Shown here: piece by piece, positions 14,837 through 17,225 of the stretch
How positions within the stretch are numbered: the first letter of the stretch is position 1
Layout: every line of letters starts with the position of its first letter
Virus record (IMG/VR): IMGVR_UViG_2537561992_000019
DNA length: 17,225 bases
Reading direction: 5' to 3' (one strand)
DNA from: a virus
Taxonomy: Duplodnaviria; Heunggongvirae; Uroviricota; Caudoviricetes
Notes under the pieces: generated by a model
The model's database searches: none
Seen by the model: the letters and a program-made list of their open reading frames with translations, nothing else
Told to the model about the DNA's origin: nothing
Translations under genes and position numbers: made by a program

Positions 14837-14934
14837 AAAAAGAACAAATGGTAGTGTCCGCTATTGCCAGTACACCTCACAGCGCAGCAGGTTTTTAGTT
14901 CCGCGACCCGGCGTTAAGGGTAAATGAGGTCAAC

Positions 14935-15087
14935 ATGGATATGCTCAATCTTGGCAACAATGAATCTCTGGTGTGCGGAGTATTCCCCAACCACGACGGC
15001 ACGTTTACCGCGATGACGTATACCAGAAGTAAAACGTTTAAAACCGAAGCTGGCGCGCATCGCTGGTTAGCAAGAAACGCTAACTGA
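14935..15087 (+). CDS. ydfA: small protein, 50 aa, YdfA/YdaF-like, first gene of the PL-type operon
   Basis: ATG at 14935 after GAGGT; position before dicF/dicB matches ydfA of Qin (recalled). Confidence 0.55.
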   Translation: MDMLNLGNNESLVCGVFPNHDGTFTAMTYTRSKTFKTEAGAHRWLARNAN

Positions 15088-15349
15088 TTAGCGCCAGTAA
15101 AAACAGGTTTCCACAGGTTAATTTACCCTGAAAAGTCAGGGCATAACACGAAAGCGCACGGCGAGATCCCTTTGCATATAAGTCTTGTCGTTAAATTTCT
15201 TCGACCGTGCGCTTCTGGTTGTGGCAATCCGCGAAATGGCGCGGCGGTAAGTATGGCGGGGTTATTCCTTCCCCCATTGAGGACACCGGGTTGTCAGGTT
15301 GACCATACGCTTAAGTGACAACCCCGCTGCAACGCCCTCTGTTATCAAT

Positions 15350-15407
15350 TTTCTGGTGACGTTTGGCGGTATCAGTTTTACTCCGTGACTGCTCTGCCGC
15401 CCTTTTT
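15350..15407 (+). ncRNA. dicF: DicF small RNA (53 nt, 15350..15402) plus its terminator U-tract
   Basis: TTTCTGGTGACGTTTGGCGGTATCAGTTTTACTCCGTGACTGCTCTGCCGCCC followed by TTTTT matches E. coli DicF as I recall it; lies just upstream of dicB. Confidence 0.8.
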
Positions 15408-15576
15408 AAAGTGAATTTTGTGATGCGGTGAATACGGCTAAGCGCACGCGGAACAGTTAAAACCAAAAACAGTGTTATGGGTGGATTCTCTGTATCCGGC
15501 GTTAATTGTTAACTGGTTAACGTCACCTGGAGGCACCAGGCACTGCATCACAAAATTCATTGTTGAGGACGCGATA

Positions 15577-15765
15577 ATGGAAACGTTATTACCAAACGTT
15601 AATACGTCTGAAGGTTGTTTTGAAATTGGTGTCACTATCAGTAACCCTGTATTTACTGAAGATGCCATTAACAAGAGAAAACACGAACGGGAGTTATTAA
15701 ATAAAATATGCATTCTTTCAATGCTGGCCCGTTTACGTCCGATACAAAAAGGATGCTGGCAATGA
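15577..15765 (+). CDS. dicB: cell-division inhibitor DicB, 62 aa
   Basis: METLLPNVNTSEGCFEIGVTISNPVFTEDAINKRK... matches DicB (recalled); GAGGA Shine-Dalgarno. Confidence 0.9.
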   Translation: METLLPNVNTSEGCFEIGVTISNPVFTEDAINKRKHERELLNKICILSMLARLRPIQKGCWQ

Positions 15766-15953
15766 ATACAGCATTTGCACTTGTTCTGACAGTTTTTCTT
15801 GTTTCCGGAGAGCCAGTTGATATTGCAGTCAGTGTTCACAGGACAATGCAGGAGTGTGTGACTGCAGCAACCGAACAGAAAATTCCCGGTAACTGTTACC
15901 CTGTCGATAAAGTTATTCACCAGGATAATAACGAAATCCCGGCAGGTCTTTAA
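15762..15953 (+). CDS. ydfD: YdfD-like small lysis-associated membrane protein, 63 aa
   Basis: MNTAFALVLTVFLVSGEPVDIAVSVHRTMQEC... matches YdfD (recalled); ATG overlaps the dicB stop (ATGA). Confidence 0.8.
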   Translation: MNTAFALVLTVFLVSGEPVDIAVSVHRTMQECVTAATEQKIPGNCYPVDKVIHQDNNEIPAGL

Positions 15954-16045
15954 AACAGTTCCGTAATAAACATCCGATTTCATTCTTATATGCCAGAAAT
16001 GGCAGGGATTTGTTCACCCTTAAATCTGTAATGAGGTAAAACAAA

Positions 16046-16942
16046 ATGAGTAAAGTCTTTATTTGCGCCGCCATTCCGGACGAACAGGCAATAAAGGAAG
16101 AAGGTGCAGTCGCTGTAGCCACTGCCATTGAAGCCGGTGATGAACGTCGCGCCCGCGCAAAATTTCACTGGCAATTCCTGGAACATTATCCGGCTGCTCA
16201 GGACTGCGCTTATAAATTTCTTGTTTGCGAGGATAAACCCGGTATACCCCGCCCTGCCCTCGATTCCTGGGATGCTGAATATATGCAGGAAAACCGCTGG
16301 GATGAGGAGTCTGCTTCCTTTGTCCCGGTTGAGACTGAATCAGATCCGATGAACGTCACTTTTGACAAGCTGGCCCCTGAAGTACAGAACGCTGTCATGG
16401 TTAAGTTCGACACATGTGAAAACATCACCGTTGATATGGTGATTAGCGCGCAGGAATTGTTGCAGGAAGACATGGCAACATTCGACGGACATATCGTTGA
16501 AGCGTTGATGAAAATGCCAGAAGTTAACGCCATGTATCCGGAGCTTAAGCTGCATGCCATCGGGTGGGTTAAGCATAAATGTAAGCCTGGTGCCAAATGG
16601 CCCGAAATTCAGGCAGAGATGCGCATCTGGAAAAAACGTCGCGAAGGTGAACGCAAGGAAACCGGAAAATACACGTCTGTTGTTGATCTCGCCCGCGCCA
16701 GAGCCAATCAACAGAACACTGAAAATTCAACAGGAAAAATCAGCCCGGTCATTGCTGCCACTCATCGCGAATACAAGCAGACATGGAAAACACTGGATGA
16801 CGAACTGGCCTACGCTCTCTGGCCTGGTGATGTGGATGCCGGAAACATTGACGGCAGCATCCATCGCTGGGCAAAAAAAGAAGTTATCGACAACGACCGC
16901 GAAGACTGGAAGCGCAGTCTCAGCAATGCGCAAACAGCCTGA
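16046..16942 (+). CDS. ydfE: YdfE-like hypothetical protein, 298 aa
   Basis: Long acidic ORF directly after ydfD, as in Qin; family call is from recollection. Confidence 0.6.
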   Translation: MSKVFICAAIPDEQAIKEEGAVAVATAIEAGDERRARAKFHWQFLEHYPAAQDCAYKFLVCEDKPGIPRPALDSWDAEYMQENRWDEESASFVPVETESDPMNVTFDKLAPEVQNAVMVKFDTCENITVDMVISAQELLQEDMATFDGHIVEALMKMPEVNAMYPELKLHAIGWVKHKCKPGAKWPEIQAEMRIWKKRREGERKETGKYTSVVDLARARANQQNTENSTGKISPVIAATHREYKQTWKTLDDELAYALWPGDVDAGNIDGSIHRWAKKEVIDNDREDWKRSLSNAQTA

Positions 16943-17225
16943 TGCCCTTCGCTACGACCGCCAGACTATTTTTGGCCTTGTCCGTGAACGTCCGATCGAC
17001 ATTCACAAAGACCCTGTGGCACTGAACAAATACATTACTGAATACCTGACTACAAAGGGCGTGTTTGAAGATGAAGGAAGAAATCAGAGCGCAACTGATA
17101 CTCTCTCGTCGCCAGTACCAGAAACTGATGCAGTGGAAACGGCAATTCCGGACAACGAAAAACCGAATAGCAAAGTGGAAGTCGAACCATCTGTAGAGCG
17201 TGAAGGGCCGTTCTACTTCCTCTTC
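16926..17225 (+). CDS. hypothetical protein, N-terminal 100 codons, runs off the window end
   Basis: ATG at 16926 overlapping the previous gene by 17 nt; 100 codons with no stop. A competing 40-codon frame from ATG 17071 is less likely. Confidence 0.35.
   Translation, partial: MRKQPDALRYDRQTIFGLVRERPIDIHKDPVALNKYITEYLTTKGVFEDEGRNQSATDTLSSPVPETDAVETAIPDNEKPNSKVEVEPSVEREGPFYFLF

Larger units (their letters stand above)
13616..14879 (+). mobile_element. IS3-family insertion sequence, copy 2, 1264 bp (IS600-like by recollection), apparently intact
   Basis: Ends 5'-TG...CA-3' with imperfect 26-27 bp terminal inverted repeats; orfA then orfB in the -1 frame. Confidence 0.85.

Noticed and set aside
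15438-15983. 181-aa Cys-rich ORF on the minus strand
   Set aside because: It is antisense to dicB and ydfD, which are recognisable and have Shine-Dalgarno sites; a shadow ORF.
17071-17190. Alternative 40-codon frame (MKEEIRAQLILSRR...) near the window end
   Set aside because: It overlaps the 100-codon open frame from 16926; the longer open frame is statistically the better candidate, though neither is confirmed.

Overview
This window reads as a rearranged lambdoid (Qin/Rac-like) prophage from an Enterobacteriaceae (E. coli/Shigella-type) genome, with most genes on the minus strand. I found no single obviously novel system; the strongest candidates for something undescribed are the unknown small-gene operon at 6661..8421, the 34-aa membrane peptide plus palindrome upstream of hok, and the TerB-like/membrane-protein pair in the late region. 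All identifications rest on reading the sequence and on recalled protein families; no database search was run. CDS coordinates include the stop codon. From high to low coordinates the layout is: PL-operon homologs on the plus strand (ydfA-like, dicF sRNA, dicB, ydfD, ydfE-like); an immunity region (LexA-like cI repressor, operators, split cro) disrupted and inverted by two inverted copies of a 1264-bp IS3-family element (IS600-like by recollection); a YdaT-like gene; replication genes O (with internal iterons) and P; a six-gene block of unknown function; an apparently intact hok/sok-type toxin locus; rem-like, DUF968, rusA and a putative Q antiterminator; then a tR'-like terminator and a late-region island (small HTH gene, orphan DNA methyltransferase, two tRNAs, TerB-like gene). 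No Shiga toxin, CRISPR array, integrase or att site is present.
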